A stretch of 63,536 nucleotides of DNA, counting the filler, from Pelomyxa schiedti (lineage: Eukaryota; Protista; Evosea), in NCBI GenBank assembly GCA_020536535.1. It is 6 parts of 6 records of this genome, joined end to end, with 100 filler letters (N's around TTAATTAATTAA, not from the genome) between each part and the next. Parts side by side here need not be neighbours in the genome. Positions count along the whole stretch, not along the records: positions 1 to 15,630 come from JAHLWZ010000335.1; 5 more parts are not named here. One strand, 5' to 3'. Position numbers and translations under genes: made by a program. Positions 1 to 12,688 of the stretch are shown here, piece after piece (position 1 is the stretch's first letter; the number at the start of each line of letters is the position of its first letter). The notes under the pieces are model-generated. The model did no database searches. It worked only from the letters and a program-made list of their open reading frames with translations, and had not been told where the DNA came from.

Positions 1-203
1 TTTTAACCCAATCGCACAACCGCTCTGCGAGATTTTACACACTCCCTTTTTATCCCCTTACAACAACAACCAAACAAACAAGAGAACCCTTTATTCTCTT
101 CACTCTCACTCGTTTTCTTCCCCTGTGGGACTTATTCTCGAGCCTACAGAAGCTAACAAATTGGTGGAGGATGCGTCACGTTCTCCGTGGCTCGTATCCA
201 AAC

Positions 204-413
204 ACTACACAACATCGAAACTCGTAACTCACTCGTAACTTGTGACTCGAACTGAACTGATCACACCCGATCTCCGATGCTTCGATTTTACTCGGGACCT
301 TGCGTCAACCTACGAGGACACTACGCACATCGTAACTCGTAACTCGTAACTCGAACCGAAACTCTGACGATTACACCTGATCTCTGATGCTTCGATTTTA
401 CTCGTGGTCCTTA
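204..413 (+). repeat. Imperfect tandem duplication of an about 116-bp unit containing (CTCGTAA)n
   Basis: Units start at 204 and 320 and share actac...tcgtaactc...gatgcttcgattttactcg. Copy 2 has only one unit. Confidence 0.75.
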
Positions 414-830
414 CTAACGACACCGTACTTCGTTCGGCAGACATTAACCCGATTGCCGGATACTACCCGCGGCACTAATTTACATCACCCTTATCTTAAC
501 GACCACAGTGATTCGAAGTTTTCGAGTACTCTTACGAAGACTCTTATCGACCTCCAAATCGTTTCCTTTCTCATCTGTCAACGCACAGCTTGGCCCTGGA
601 CCAAGAACTACCCAGAGAATACAACTCAGCCCCAAGTCAGGCCTGATCATGCTCCAAGACTCAGAGAGCTGTCACCACGCCACATACAGAGATGATAACT
701 ACTATGCTCCTACTACGCACTGTACCTGTACGTGGAATGCTCACGATCACGATCCATTACTACCAACACGACCCGCTTCACTGGCAACGAGTACGACAAC
801 ACCATCTGCGTTGAACAACCCGTTCTTTCT

Positions 831-894
831 CGACATCGACATCGACATCGACATCGACATCGACATCGACATCGACATCGACATCGACATCGAC
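831..894 (+). repeat. (CGACAT)10 microsatellite
   Basis: Read directly. The homologous site in copy 2 (8245-8260) has only about 2 units. Confidence 0.95.
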
Positions 895-3800
895 GATGAA
901 GGACCCGTAGGCGTCGCTGCTAACGAGAGGAGCAGAGTGGAGTCAGAAGAGACATGCGGAAATGCCGGAAAGCAACCGTAAATCAGCGGAAGTCATACGG
1001 CAATGCACAAGCATGCAAATCCCACACCAAAGATAAATACAGCAAGCTGGCATCAAGCCCTCAAGGGAACCAGAACTGGCAAGCCTGGAATCTGCACTGA
1101 GATTAGGATCAGTGATTCCACAAGCAGAACCAACCTTACAGCACAACGGCCAGCACTTCTGAAGAGTCTAATTGCAATCCAGGAAGGAAAGGCTCGCATT
1201 TTAAGGCAGTTTTGCAGAGAACTGAATTGCGTAAGTGATATAGTTATCAGAGGTATCAGCAGCAACCTGGGCTTCAACAGCGGCATGATGGGAGCTGAGG
1301 CTGCATGAGCAAGCCTGAAGGTGAAACCGCTGTGATTCTGCGGCAAGAGCAGAACAAGACTGAGGCAGCACAATATTACAAATCGCATCAGCATCCTCTG
1401 GAATGGCATCAGGGTGCAGAAGAGCGTGGATGTGATGAAAGAAGTGCTTACCAGCGAGTTTGAGCTGAGCAGAGGGCACCAACAGAGCCGGTTTGAGAAG
1501 AGGCCAAGAGAAGGAGAAAATATGAACCCCTGAGCTCAGATAACTCATGAATTGTCACAAACCTGCGTAGCCATTAGCTATTTAACAATTAAAACTTGAA
1601 TTATACTTGAAACTGTATTGTTTCAAACCTTGTATTGCGTTGTTTGCATCCAAATTAATCTCGTTGTGAATCTGCTTGTGTTAATAATGTTGCTTCCATG
1701 GAATTTCACTTTTCTACCAAGCAGATATCGTTTTGTTGCCGCCCTGTAAATTGCCCATGAGAAATGATGACATAATTATATGTCTTGGGTGGATCATGGT
1801 GCATACAGGAGCGAGGCACATCCCTGTGGTGGATCCCAGCTTTGCACTTTGGCTGGATCATCCATCACGCTCCTATTTCCAATATTTGTTGAGACCTCAC
1901 GCCATTAATCATTTCTGCCCTGCAAGACGTAAACTTTCTTTGAAAGAAGAAGTGTGCACACATACTCCTTGCAGAGGACCCAGCAGCTCCCCCATTATTT
2001 CGGGCTAAATTGGGAGTTCAAGTAATGCTGGACACACATTGTTTCAATTCGAGGTCACCCTGTCATCTCTGGGGATGTAGTAAACAGGGAATCATTCAAA
2101 AAAGGTCACCCAACTAGAGCGCAGCCCACCAAACAAACAATAACTCAAGCAGCTGATATTGCAAGCTCCCAAGTTATGGGACAACGCAAGAGAGCCCAAG
2201 GCAAACTGGAGGAACTTAGAACACCAATGTTCCATGAGAGGAGGAACTACCTGAGAACTTGAGAGCCTACCAAAAGCTATGAGATCCATCTGGCCACCAA
2301 GGACTACAATACTACCCTGATTCGGCTGTAATTGCCATGATTCTGGAAGCCATATTGAGCTAGATGCAAGCAGTAACCAGGCCTGATAATACTACAACAA
2401 TTCTGAGGTGGAAATGAGCAAGGCTCTAACCTTTTATTCATTATTAGGAGTAGTTCTCTATATCGAACCAAGGGATTACCTGCAGCAGGACAACTTCAGA
2501 CTGACAACCAAGTTTTTCGTTTCCAGGCAGTAATACAGTCAACCTTCTTTGATGCCTGACGCAGATGAATACCAACACCATGCAGAGAGAGTCCTGGCAG
2601 GAATAGAATTGAGTGCGCTGGAGCTGACACAATGTGCACATGGGGAAATTTTTCAGGAAGGCCGATTCTGGCAAAGGAGTAAGGAAAACCATGCGGAGGT
2701 AATTAACAAACCAAACCTGACTTCTATTTGATGAAGCAGACATTGTGGAGTCTGGAGGAAGCAGGAACACCTCACAGAAACGAGATACACATTGGGAAAT
2801 GTGTAATACCAACTGAGGAAACTCCCAGCAATTGGCGAGAGCATTTTGGTGCAGAAATGGAGAAGATCATGCATACAACACTTGGGAAGCGTTCCTACAA
2901 GTGCGGAAACGCTATACATGGACATTGAAGCTCAGGAAAATACCAGAACTGGGCTACTTCATTTCAAGCCAAGGGAAATCGCACTCCAGTCGTAGCTTGA
3001 ATTCTTCAAAACCCATATTAGCAATAATAACAGCAATAAATTCACGCTTACCACTTAAGCGATCAGTTCCAACAGCACTCTCAGCGATCTGTGCTATGTG
3101 AGGAATCATCTATGGCAAGTGGAACCATACTAAGGGCAGGTCAAGTTTGCGTTTATTCAAAGCGGGGGAGTGCTATACAAAGAACCCTGAACGAATTGAG
3201 TTGATTCCTATTGGATAAGGTCAGACACAGGAATAGCTAGGCAACACCACAAGGCTTTTGGCAAGCAAGAAACTACATTTCGAGCACAGGAAACTCTAAT
3301 CCCATCATCATTAGTAGCTCTTATGGCATATCTAAAGGAAGTGAGTCAGAATGTTATGTTTCATTGCCTACGAACCTGAAGGAATTTTCAAGGCAACCAG
3401 TCATCCTTTACATCGAATTTGAGGTCATAAGCAACTCCAATCTTGGCACCACAGCATTTTGGTGAACAGAACCGCTGTTCAACACGCTGGAAACTCCAAT
3501 CAGAAAAATTATGGCACATGGGAAGGCCTCTAAATATTGTAGCACTCAAGCATCTCTGCGGATCCAATTCCTGGTTTCCATTAATTAACTTTCAGGCAAG
3601 GAGACTTGCACACCAACGCAGAGGAATCAGCACTACTTCCACAAAGTTTTGCACATCATTTCGAATTTCCTGCAATTGAATGAGTGACTTAGGGATAGTA
3701 ATGACAAGTATACTGGAAAGGGCACAGAACAACTGGCAGGCAAGCTTAAACCCAGCAGGGTTGCTGTGCAACTGGGAGATGAGTTGGGAAACACAATGCA

Positions 3801-4424
3801 TGATTGAAGCCCAATGGACACAGCAGAGGCAAGCATCAGCATCATGCAACAATCTGAGGACCGACACAGTGCAAGTCTGCACAGTAGCATAGTAGTGTCT
3901 AGACAACAATTAACAAGGCGATTTAAAGGAAACCTTACTCACACACCACCAAGTCCAAATTGAGATCCCTGCCAAGCAAAGGCACGAATCTGAATCAATC
4001 TAAAGGAGTCAGCTTCTCAATAGAAATTCGTGGGACATACCTGGAACTCTGCAGCTGTACCCCAACAACTGGGATAAAACCAACATGCAGGCAGTGCATC
4101 TGCATCTATTTCGTGAATGATTACTTTGGAAATCTGGGAGGTGGACTTGCCTTTGAGCAACGCAATGGCAGTGAAGGCTCCAACCTGATGGGAAAGCATG
4201 CAACAAAATGTGTTGGCAATCACAGATGAGGCACTGCAGTAATTCTCTGAGAGGGGTCAGAAGTCAGCTGGAAAGAAGCTGAGATACCTGTGCATGCCAG
4301 GCAAAGTAACAACGCCTTGCACTATGAGGGAAAAGAATTGAACCAAGACCCTGGATCAAAATATATCACCAGCAACAATCATGCTCAGCGTGGCTGATAG
4401 CTATTTACCCACACCTACAACACA

Positions 4425-4524
4425 NNNNNNNNNNNNNNNNNNNNNNNNNNNNNNNNNNNNNNNNNNNNNNNNNNNNNNNNNNNNNNNNNNNNNNNNNNNN
4501 NNNNNNNNNNNNNNNNNNNNNNNN
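4425..4524. other. 100-N scaffold gap of unknown true size
   Basis: Pure N run without the stop linker. Confidence 0.95.
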
Positions 4525-5412
4525 GTACAAAAATAGGTTCCTATACCCAGAAGGATGCAGTGGTGGAGCGGTAATCTCAAGGTGCTTGAACAACCACTTG
4601 AAAAGTTCCGTCTTCCCACGAATCAAACATTCCCTCAGTGGCCCATACAACTCCAAATACAAGGTTGTCTCATGTCTGTGCTCCCCAACACCAATCACAT
4701 CACCCACAAGCCACTTGACAACATCCAAGTTGCCACCCACACACACGCGGTACATTAAATAGAAATTTCCACAATCTGCTCTCACATGCTCAATCACCCT
4801 TTCGCGCAACGTGGTTCTCACTTCCTTGTCCAACAATCCCCAGCCCACAACACCCCACCCATCCCACAAACATTGTCCACCATCACTTGCACCGAATCCC
4901 AGCATCGCCTTGGCCATACTCAGGTGGCCACCAATGCACAAACCCATGAGTGCAGCCACAACCTCCTTCACAGCAGACAACGACTCCCCCCAATCACGAC
5001 GTTGTTGCTCCACCACCACCACTTCACAGCAATCTCGTGTCGTTCCACCACTGTGGCTTCTGATAGTAGCCGTGGGTTGCGCAGCAGTTGCCTTACTGTA
5101 TCCCATTCCAATGACGTCATCGTTGTTGCTGCTGTGGTTGCCACCACGGCGCCGCGCTTCCCTGTTGTTTACGAGCCAAGCGACACAGCGAGGGGCAGGG
5201 ACACTGGCAGCACTCGTGATCGCAGAGTATCGAGACATGTTTCTAGTTCGGCAGAGCGCGGTTGCCCTGGAGCACACGACCCCGACCAGGGGGAACATCG
5301 CCTCGCCGACCCGGAACAGGTCCAGGTCGTGGCGCCAGTGCTCGTACTTGGACTTGTGGTCGTCGTCGAGCCAACCGGGTTTCACGACCATTTCGGACAC
5401 GAGACGTGCCAC
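4525..5412 (-). CDS. Lineage-expanded ankyrin-like repeat protein, 3'-truncated at the gap, start uncertain
   Basis: ORF with LCIGGHLSMAK, VCVGGNLDVVKWLV and GKTELFKWLF motifs. Paralogous to 5621-7500 and 59379-60131. Confidence 0.7.
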
Positions 5413-5620
5413 TTCGAGGACATGCCACGACGATGACGATTCATCTACGCCTTGAAGTAACGTTGGCTTGAGTTATGGGAGTTGGTGCGTACTACAACAC
5501 GACACTGCTTGTATCGAAGCCATCACAATCATCAAAACCCAGGAAGTTTCTGTTTTTTTTTTCTGACATACACTGTTGTGAGACTGAGTGGACAACCAGT
5601 GGGCAGTATGGATGGATGAA

Positions 5621-7500
5621 CTAATCCAGAAGGGATGTGAGGGGCATTCCCAGCCAGATCTGAGTGGCATTGGAAACTCTGTAAATACTTTGTGTTTTCA
5701 GGAAGGCATGGAACTCAGTGAGAGTGATTCCAAAGGAGTGGATGGTGTGTATCGCCACATGTGGTGACTGCGAGATCATTGGAATGAAGTGACTCCGAAT
5801 CATGGCAGCATCAATTGTGGGGTAATGCCTCACAAGCAACTTCCAGCCAACAATGTCAAGGGACTGGTCTTCAGCCAGGCCAAGGCCATTACATTCAGAG
5901 CATGTTCTGGCCATTTCACAAACCTGTTGTTTTGTTTGGCTGGACATTAAAAGAAGAGAGCAGCAACCAGCTGAGAGAGGCGCTGCAGAGCAGGAAGGTT
6001 GGATTTCATGAAGGCCAAAATTATCTCCTGAAACTGTGATTGATCGATGTGAGGATCAAACTGTGGGAAGCTTTCCAACACAAATGCAGCTGTATTTGGA
6101 AGGGGAACCAGCAATGCCCTGGAAACAACGTTGTGAATGGAGCTCATTTTCAGTGAGGATGGTGAGGATAGGTGCTTGATGAACCACTTAAAACCAACGA
6201 AGTTTTCGTTGGAGAACCATGTACGGTTGTTTAAATACCCCTCACAGATCTCTTTCAATGAGTTTCCAGCAATCTCTGTGTTGGTGTCGATGGACTGCAT
6301 CACGTGGAAGGTATCCTCCAACCAATTTGCCACCTCCGTGTTGTTCCAAAGGAGTGCCTTAACCATGGAGTGTATGATGTCGGACTCTGAGAGTGTCACC
6401 AGTGTTGACAGAAACCTTGCAAGTGAAGAACCATGCTCTTTTGCTGATGTTGAACACGCCCAGGCAAAGGATTCAGCTGTTGGAGTGCAATTCTTTTCAT
6501 TTATCAGCCACTCAACGAATTCCACATCTCCTGTAATTTTGCAAAGACAATTGAATGCCTCCTCTGATGGCGTCTCTGTGGGGAACAATGAAAGCATCCA
6601 CTTGGCGACATCGACTTTTTGAATCAATGCAAGTTTAAGGTCCCAACCATTCAGCCCAATTTCACAGATGTTGTGCAGCCATTGACAATCCTTCACAGTT
6701 GCGTGCCTGTTTTGCAGCAGTAATTGAAGAGAAATTGTCTTGTCGTCTTCCAGCGGTAAATTCTCAAAGCACCACTTGAGATTTTCAGGACACTCTCCAA
6801 CTGCACAGTCGAATTCCAGCTGGAAATGCTCAGATGGGTACAGTGGCTGGGCCCCAATCTCTAGGCTGTAAAACAACCACTTGAAAACCTCCATCTTCCC
6901 CCGACCTAAGCATGTCTCAAGGTGTCTGGACAGATCCCAACGAAACGTGGTTTCCTGCCTGTGCTCCCCACCTTCCATCACATCATCCACAAGCCACTTT
7001 ACAACATCCAAGTTGCCACCAATTCCACACACTGTGTACTTCCATAAAGTACACGAACTCACTGAGTCGGAGGAATCTGATCATCTCGGGGGTGAGAGAT
7101 CTGATCTTGACTTGCAGATTCGTGATGGTTACTGGAAATGGAGGCCGAGAGTAAATATCACATGGTGGGGCTAGCACAAGCAGCTGCCGTTGATAATCCT
7201 CAAGCCGTTGGCTCGGCTGCGTTGAAAAGTGGTCCCCCCAATACTCTGGACCACGTGGCTGTTGGAACCTTCTAGAACAAGCGTGTCCTTTTAAGCCAGG
7301 CTCAAATCCACCTGACAACACACACAAAGTAAAAGCAATAAGAACACACCAACACTACACGAAATAAACCAAAACATTATCATTATTACATTCTTGTTAC
7401 ACATAAAAGCACACAACACGTGCTGCATAAACATGAGATTGCCACAATCTTCTCTCACATACTCAGTCACCCTTTCGCTCAACGTGGTTCTCACTTCCTT
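5621..7500 (-). pseudogene. Disrupted paralog of the ankyrin-like repeat family
   Basis: KEVRTTLSERVTEYVREDCGN (about 7400-7500) is separated from GGNLDVVKWLV (about 7030 downward) by about 370 bp of unrelated sequence. Reading frame shifts near 5947. The 5' part is missing next to the TIR element. Confidence 0.65.
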
Positions 7501-7648
7501 GTGTGTACTTCCACAAAGTACACGAACTTGGCCTTGCTCGCGAGGCTCTGAAGTCCTGGCGCACTTTAGCGGGATGATTGGAGAGACTGAGGACTGAGCC
7601 GAATCTGGACTATTACCAGAATGAGACAGCGAAGGTAATGATCAGCGC

Positions 7649-7896
7649 ACAGCGCAGCTGGGCGCACAAATACAGCAACAAGAACGTGGCAGGCGGTTTT
7701 GATTACATGCACACTTGTCCGAGAATCCATTTGAACATCGCAGCCTTTTAACCCAATCGCACAACCGCTCTGCGAGATTTTACACACTCCCTTTTTACCC
7801 CCTTACAACAACGACCAAACAAACAAGAGAACCTCTTTATTCTCTTCACTCTCACTCGTTTTCTTCCTCTGTGGGACTTATTCTCGAGCCCACAGA
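7649..7896 (+). repeat. Left terminal inverted repeat (about 248 bp)
   Basis: acagcgcagctgggcgcacaaatacagcaacaagaacg...gagcccacaga matches the reverse complement of 12689-12938. Confidence 0.9.
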
Positions 7897-8559
7897 AGCT
7901 AACAAATTGGTGGAGGATGCGTCACGTTCTCCGTGGCTCGTATCCAAACACTACGCAACATCGAAACTCGTAACTCACTCGTAACTCGTAACTCGAACTG
8001 AACCGATTACACCCGATCTCCGATGCTTCGATTTTACTCGTGGACCTTACGTAAACCTACGAGGACACTACGGCACACTAACGACACCGTACTTCGTTCG
8101 GCAGACATTAACCCGATTGCCGGATACTACCCGCGGCACTAATTCACATCACTAACCCTTATCTTAACGATCACCACGATGATTCGATGTTTTCGAGACT
8201 CTCACGAAGACTCTTATCGACCTCCAAATCGTTTCCTTTCTCATCGACATCGACATCGACGATGAAGGACCCGTCGGCGTCGCTGACACCCAACACAATG
8301 ATTATTTTCCGCAAGGAAGAATCAAAAATTTGATTCGATTTGATTTGATTGATTTCAATGAATCTCCAATCTCTTAATTCGAGGTGCTGCTAACAAGAGG
8401 AGCAGAGTGGAGTCAGAAGAAACATGCGGAAATGCCGGAAAGCAGCCGCAAACCAGCGGAAGTCATACGGCAATGCACGGGCATGCAAATCCCACGGCAA
8501 AGATAAATACAGCAAGCTGGCATCATGGATGGCCAAGCCCTCAAGGGAACCAGAACTGG

Positions 8560-11500
8560 CAAGCCTGGAATCTGCACTGAGATTAGGAACAGTGATTCCA
8601 CAACCAGAACCAACCTTACAGCACAACGGCCAGTGCTCTGGAGAGTCTGATTGCAATCCAGGAAGTAAAGGCTCACATTCTAAGGCAATTTTGCAGAGAA
8701 CTGAATTGCGTAAGTGATATAGTTATCAGAGGTACCAGCAGCAACCTGGGCTTCAACAGCAGCGTGATGGGAACTGAGGCTGCATGAGCAAGCCTGAAGG
8801 TGAAACCACTGTGATTCCACGGCAAGAGCAGAACAAGACTGAGGCAGCACAATATTACAAATCGCATCAGCATTCTCTGGAATGGCATCAGGGTGCAGAA
8901 GAGCGTGGATGTGATGAAAGGAGTGCTTACTAGTGAGTTTGAGCTGAGCAGAGGGCACCAACAGAGCCGGTTTGAGAACAGGCCAAGAGAAGGAGAAAAT
9001 ATGAATCCCTGAGCTCAGATGACTGATGAATTGTTGCAAACCTGCGTAGCCATTAGCTATTTAACAATTAAAACTTGAATTATACTTGAAACTGTATTGT
9101 TTCAAACCTTGTATTGCGTTGTTTGCATCCAAATTAATCTCGTTGTGAATCTGCTTGTGTTAATAATGTTGCTTCCATGGAATTTCACTTTTCTACCAAG
9201 CAGATATCGTTTTGTTGCCGCCCTGTAAATTGCCCATGAGAAATGATGACATAATTATATGTCTTGGGTGGATCATGGTGCATACAGGAGCGAGGCACAT
9301 CCCTGTGGTGGATCCCAGCTTTGCACTTTGGCTGGATCATCCATCACGCTCCTATTTCCAATATTTGTTGAGACCTCACGCCATTAATCATTTCTGCCCT
9401 GCAAGACGTAAACTTTCTTTGAAAGAAGAAGTGTGCACACATACTCCTTGCAGAGGACCCAGCAGCTCCCCCATTATTTCAGGCTAAATTGGGAGTTCAA
9501 GTAATGCTGGACGCACATTGTTTCAATTCGAGGTCACCCTGTCATCTCTGGGGATGTAGTAAACAGGGAATCATTCAAAAAAAAGGTCACCCAACTAGAG
9601 CGCAGCCCATCAAACAAACAATAACTCAAGCAGCTGATATTGCAAGCTCCCAAGTTATGGGACAACGCAAGAGAGCCCAAGGCAAACTGGAGGAACTTAG
9701 AACACCAATGTTCTATGAGAGGAGAACTACCTGAGATCTTGAGAGCCTACTTACAAAAGCTATTATATCCATCTGACCACCAAGGACTACAATACTACCC
9801 TGATTCGGCTGTAATTGCCATGATTCTGGAGGCCAATATTGAGCTGGATGCAAGCAGTAACCAGGCCTGATAATACTACAACGATTCTGAGGTGGAAATC
9901 AGCAAGGCTCTAACCTTTTATTCATTATTAGGAGTAGTTCTCTATATCGAACCAAGGGATTACCTGCAGCAGGACAACTTCAGACTGACAACCAAGTTTT
10001 TCGTTTCCAGGCAGTAATATAGTCAACCTTCTTTGATGCCTGACGCAGATGAATATCAACACCATGCAGAGAGAGTCCTGCAGGAATAGAATTGAGTGCG
10101 CTGGAGCTGACACAATGCACACATGGGGAAATTTTTCAAGAGGGCCGATTCTGGCAAAGGAGTAAGGAAAACCATGCAGAGGTAATTAACCAGCCAAACC
10201 TGACTTTTACTTGATGAAGTGGACATTGTGGAGTCTGGAGGAAGCAGGAACACCTCACAGAAACGAGATACACATTAGGAAATGTGTAATACCAACTGAG
10301 GAAACTCCCAGCAATTGGCGAGAGCATTTTGGTGGACCTACAGTCAGTGAGTGACTCCGAATTAGTGCAGAAATGGAGAAGATCATGCACACAACACTTG
10401 GGAAGCGTTCCTACAAGTGCGGAAACGCTATACATGTACATTGAAGCTCAGGAAAGACCAGAACTGGGCTACTTCATTTCAAGCCAAGGGAAATCGCACT
10501 CCAGTCATAGCTTGACTTCTTCACAACCCATATTAGCAATAATAACAGCAATAAATTCACACTTACCTGCGCTATGTGAGGAATCATCTATGGCAAGTGG
10601 AACCATACTAAGGGCAGGTCAAGCTTGCATCTATTCAAGGCAGGAGAGCACCATACAAAGAACCCTGAACGAATTGAGTTGATTCCTATCAGTCAAAGTC
10701 AGACACAGGAACAGCTAGGTACACAACAAGGCTTTTGTGCAAGCAAGAGACTACATTTCGAGCACAGGAAACCTTGATCCCATCATCAGCAGTAGCTCTG
10801 ATGACATTCCTGAAGGAAGTGAGCTAGAATGTTGTGCTTCATTGCCTACGAACCTGAAGGAATTTTCAAGGCAACCAGTCACCCTTTACATCGAATTTGA
10901 GGTCATAAGCAACTCTAATCTTGGCACCACAGCATTTTGGTGAACAGAACCGCTGTTCAACACGCTGGAAACTCCAATCAGAAAAATTATGGCACATGGG
11001 AAGGCCTCTAAATATTGTAGCACTCAAGCATCTCTGCGGATCCAATTCCTGGTTTCCATTAATTAACTTTCAGGCAAGGAGACTTGCACACCAACGCAGA
11101 GGAATCAGCACTACTTCCACATCATTTCGAATTTTCTGCAATTGAATGAGGCATCTAGGGATAGTAACCATGACAAATATACCGGAAAGGGCACTGAACA
11201 ACTGGTAGGCAAGCTTAAACCCAGCAGGGTTGCTGCACAACTGGGAGATGAGTTGGAAAACACAATGCTTGATTGAAGCCCAATGGACACAGCAGAGGCA
11301 AGCATCAGCATCATGCAACAATCTGAGGACCGACACAGTGCAAGTCTGCACAGTAGCATAGTGTCTAGACAACAATTAACAAGGCGATTTAAAGGAAACC
11401 TTACCTCGCACACCACCAAGTCCAAATTGAGATCCCTGCCAAGCAAAGGCACGAATCTGAATCAATCTAAAGGAGTCAGCTTCTCAATAGAAATTCGTGG

Positions 11501-12408
11501 GACATACCTGGAACTCTGCAGCTGTTGGATAAAACCAACATGCAGGCAGTGCATCTGCATCTATTTCGTGAATGATTACTTTGGAAATCTGGTGAACTTG
11601 CCTTTGAGCAACGCAATGGCAGTGAAGGCTCCAACCTGATGGGAAAGCATGCAACAAAATGCGTTGGCAATCACAGATGAGGCACTGCAGTAATTCTCTG
11701 AGAGGGGTCAGAAGTCAGCTGGAAAGAAGCTGAGATACCTGTGCATGCCAGGCAAAGTAACAACGCCTTGCACTATGAGGGAAAAGAATTGAACCAAGAC
11801 CCTGGATCAAAATATATCACCAGCAACAATCATGCTCAGCGTGGCTGATAGCTATTTACCCACACCTACAACACATTAAGGAAGATCAAGCAAGGAGTTT
11901 GGGCTTACAGGGCAATCGCCACAGAAAACACCAAAAATCAAGGCAAAGTCAGTGAAAGGCAAATCCCTGAATCAGTAGAAGTCATTTGAGGATACTAGGT
12001 CCATTGTAAACGAAATTGGGACCATCAGGAGAGTCACCAGCAACAATAATACCAGTGAGTACGAAATTGGAACATACCCCAAGGAAAGAACAATCAACAC
12101 CAACCATTCAGTGCTAAGAGAAAATGGAGATTCCTGGGACACTCAGCCACATAGACAGTGTATTCAGCATCAGAAATGATGCTACGAAATTGAGGAAGGC
12201 ATACATCCCAGAGGCTATGTAAATTTCTGTTGGCAAAGCAAGAGATACAATGAAAGATTGCAAAAGGAAAGAAGCTCCATACTTGAGGAATGAAATCAGA
12301 ATACAATGGAGTGAAGGCATACGCAACTGGCAAAATGGAAGCAAATACAACGGACACTACTGAGCAATAACAGGATCATTGCGGCTCCACAGTCTCATAC
12401 TAACTTCG

Positions 12409-12444
<36 letters not shown>
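8560..12444 (+). mobile_element. Degenerate L1/Tx1-like non-LTR retrotransposon ORF2 remnant with poly(A) tail
   Basis: Frameshifted motifs in canonical order: WNL (8566), LIAIQEVK (8647), RFEN (8968), IPEG...PVTL.IEFEVIS (10806-10910), QQGC (11222), GTNLNQSK (11448), TYLE (11502), KQG[G]LGL (11888), then A36. The + strand is A-rich. Confidence 0.6.
12409..12444 (+). repeat. Poly(A)36 tract, putative retrotransposon tail
   Basis: Read directly. Confidence 0.9.
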
Positions 12445-12449
<5 letters not shown>

Positions 12450-12688
12450 CAGTGACAACGCACATACATCTGCGACATCGACGTGGTCTCGGCACCATCG
12501 ACCCGATGTCCGGCAACATGCCGGCACCACAGGAAACTCTCCCACAAGATTCACCCGACAACTCCAGCCTCACCGCACCATCCGCGGACCAACGCCGACG
12601 TATCTACGTGCATTTTTACACTCTATTACCACCACCACCGACGCCGAATGTCCGGCACCACCCGAAACGTTCCGCATACCATAAACAC

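Larger units (their letters stand above)
1..4424 (+). mobile_element. Copy 1 of the composite TIR/dead-LINE element, truncated by the window start and by the N gap
   Basis: Colinear with 7746-11874 (copy 2) throughout, with scattered substitutions and indels. Starts inside the left TIR sequence. Carries the same APE-like remnant (LIAIQEGK, about 1168-1191) and RT-like remnants. Confidence 0.85.

Noticed and set aside
508-981. ORF with a poly-(Asp-Ile) tract
   Set aside because: It is a translation of the (CGACAT)n microsatellite inside the mobile element; not conserved in copy 2.
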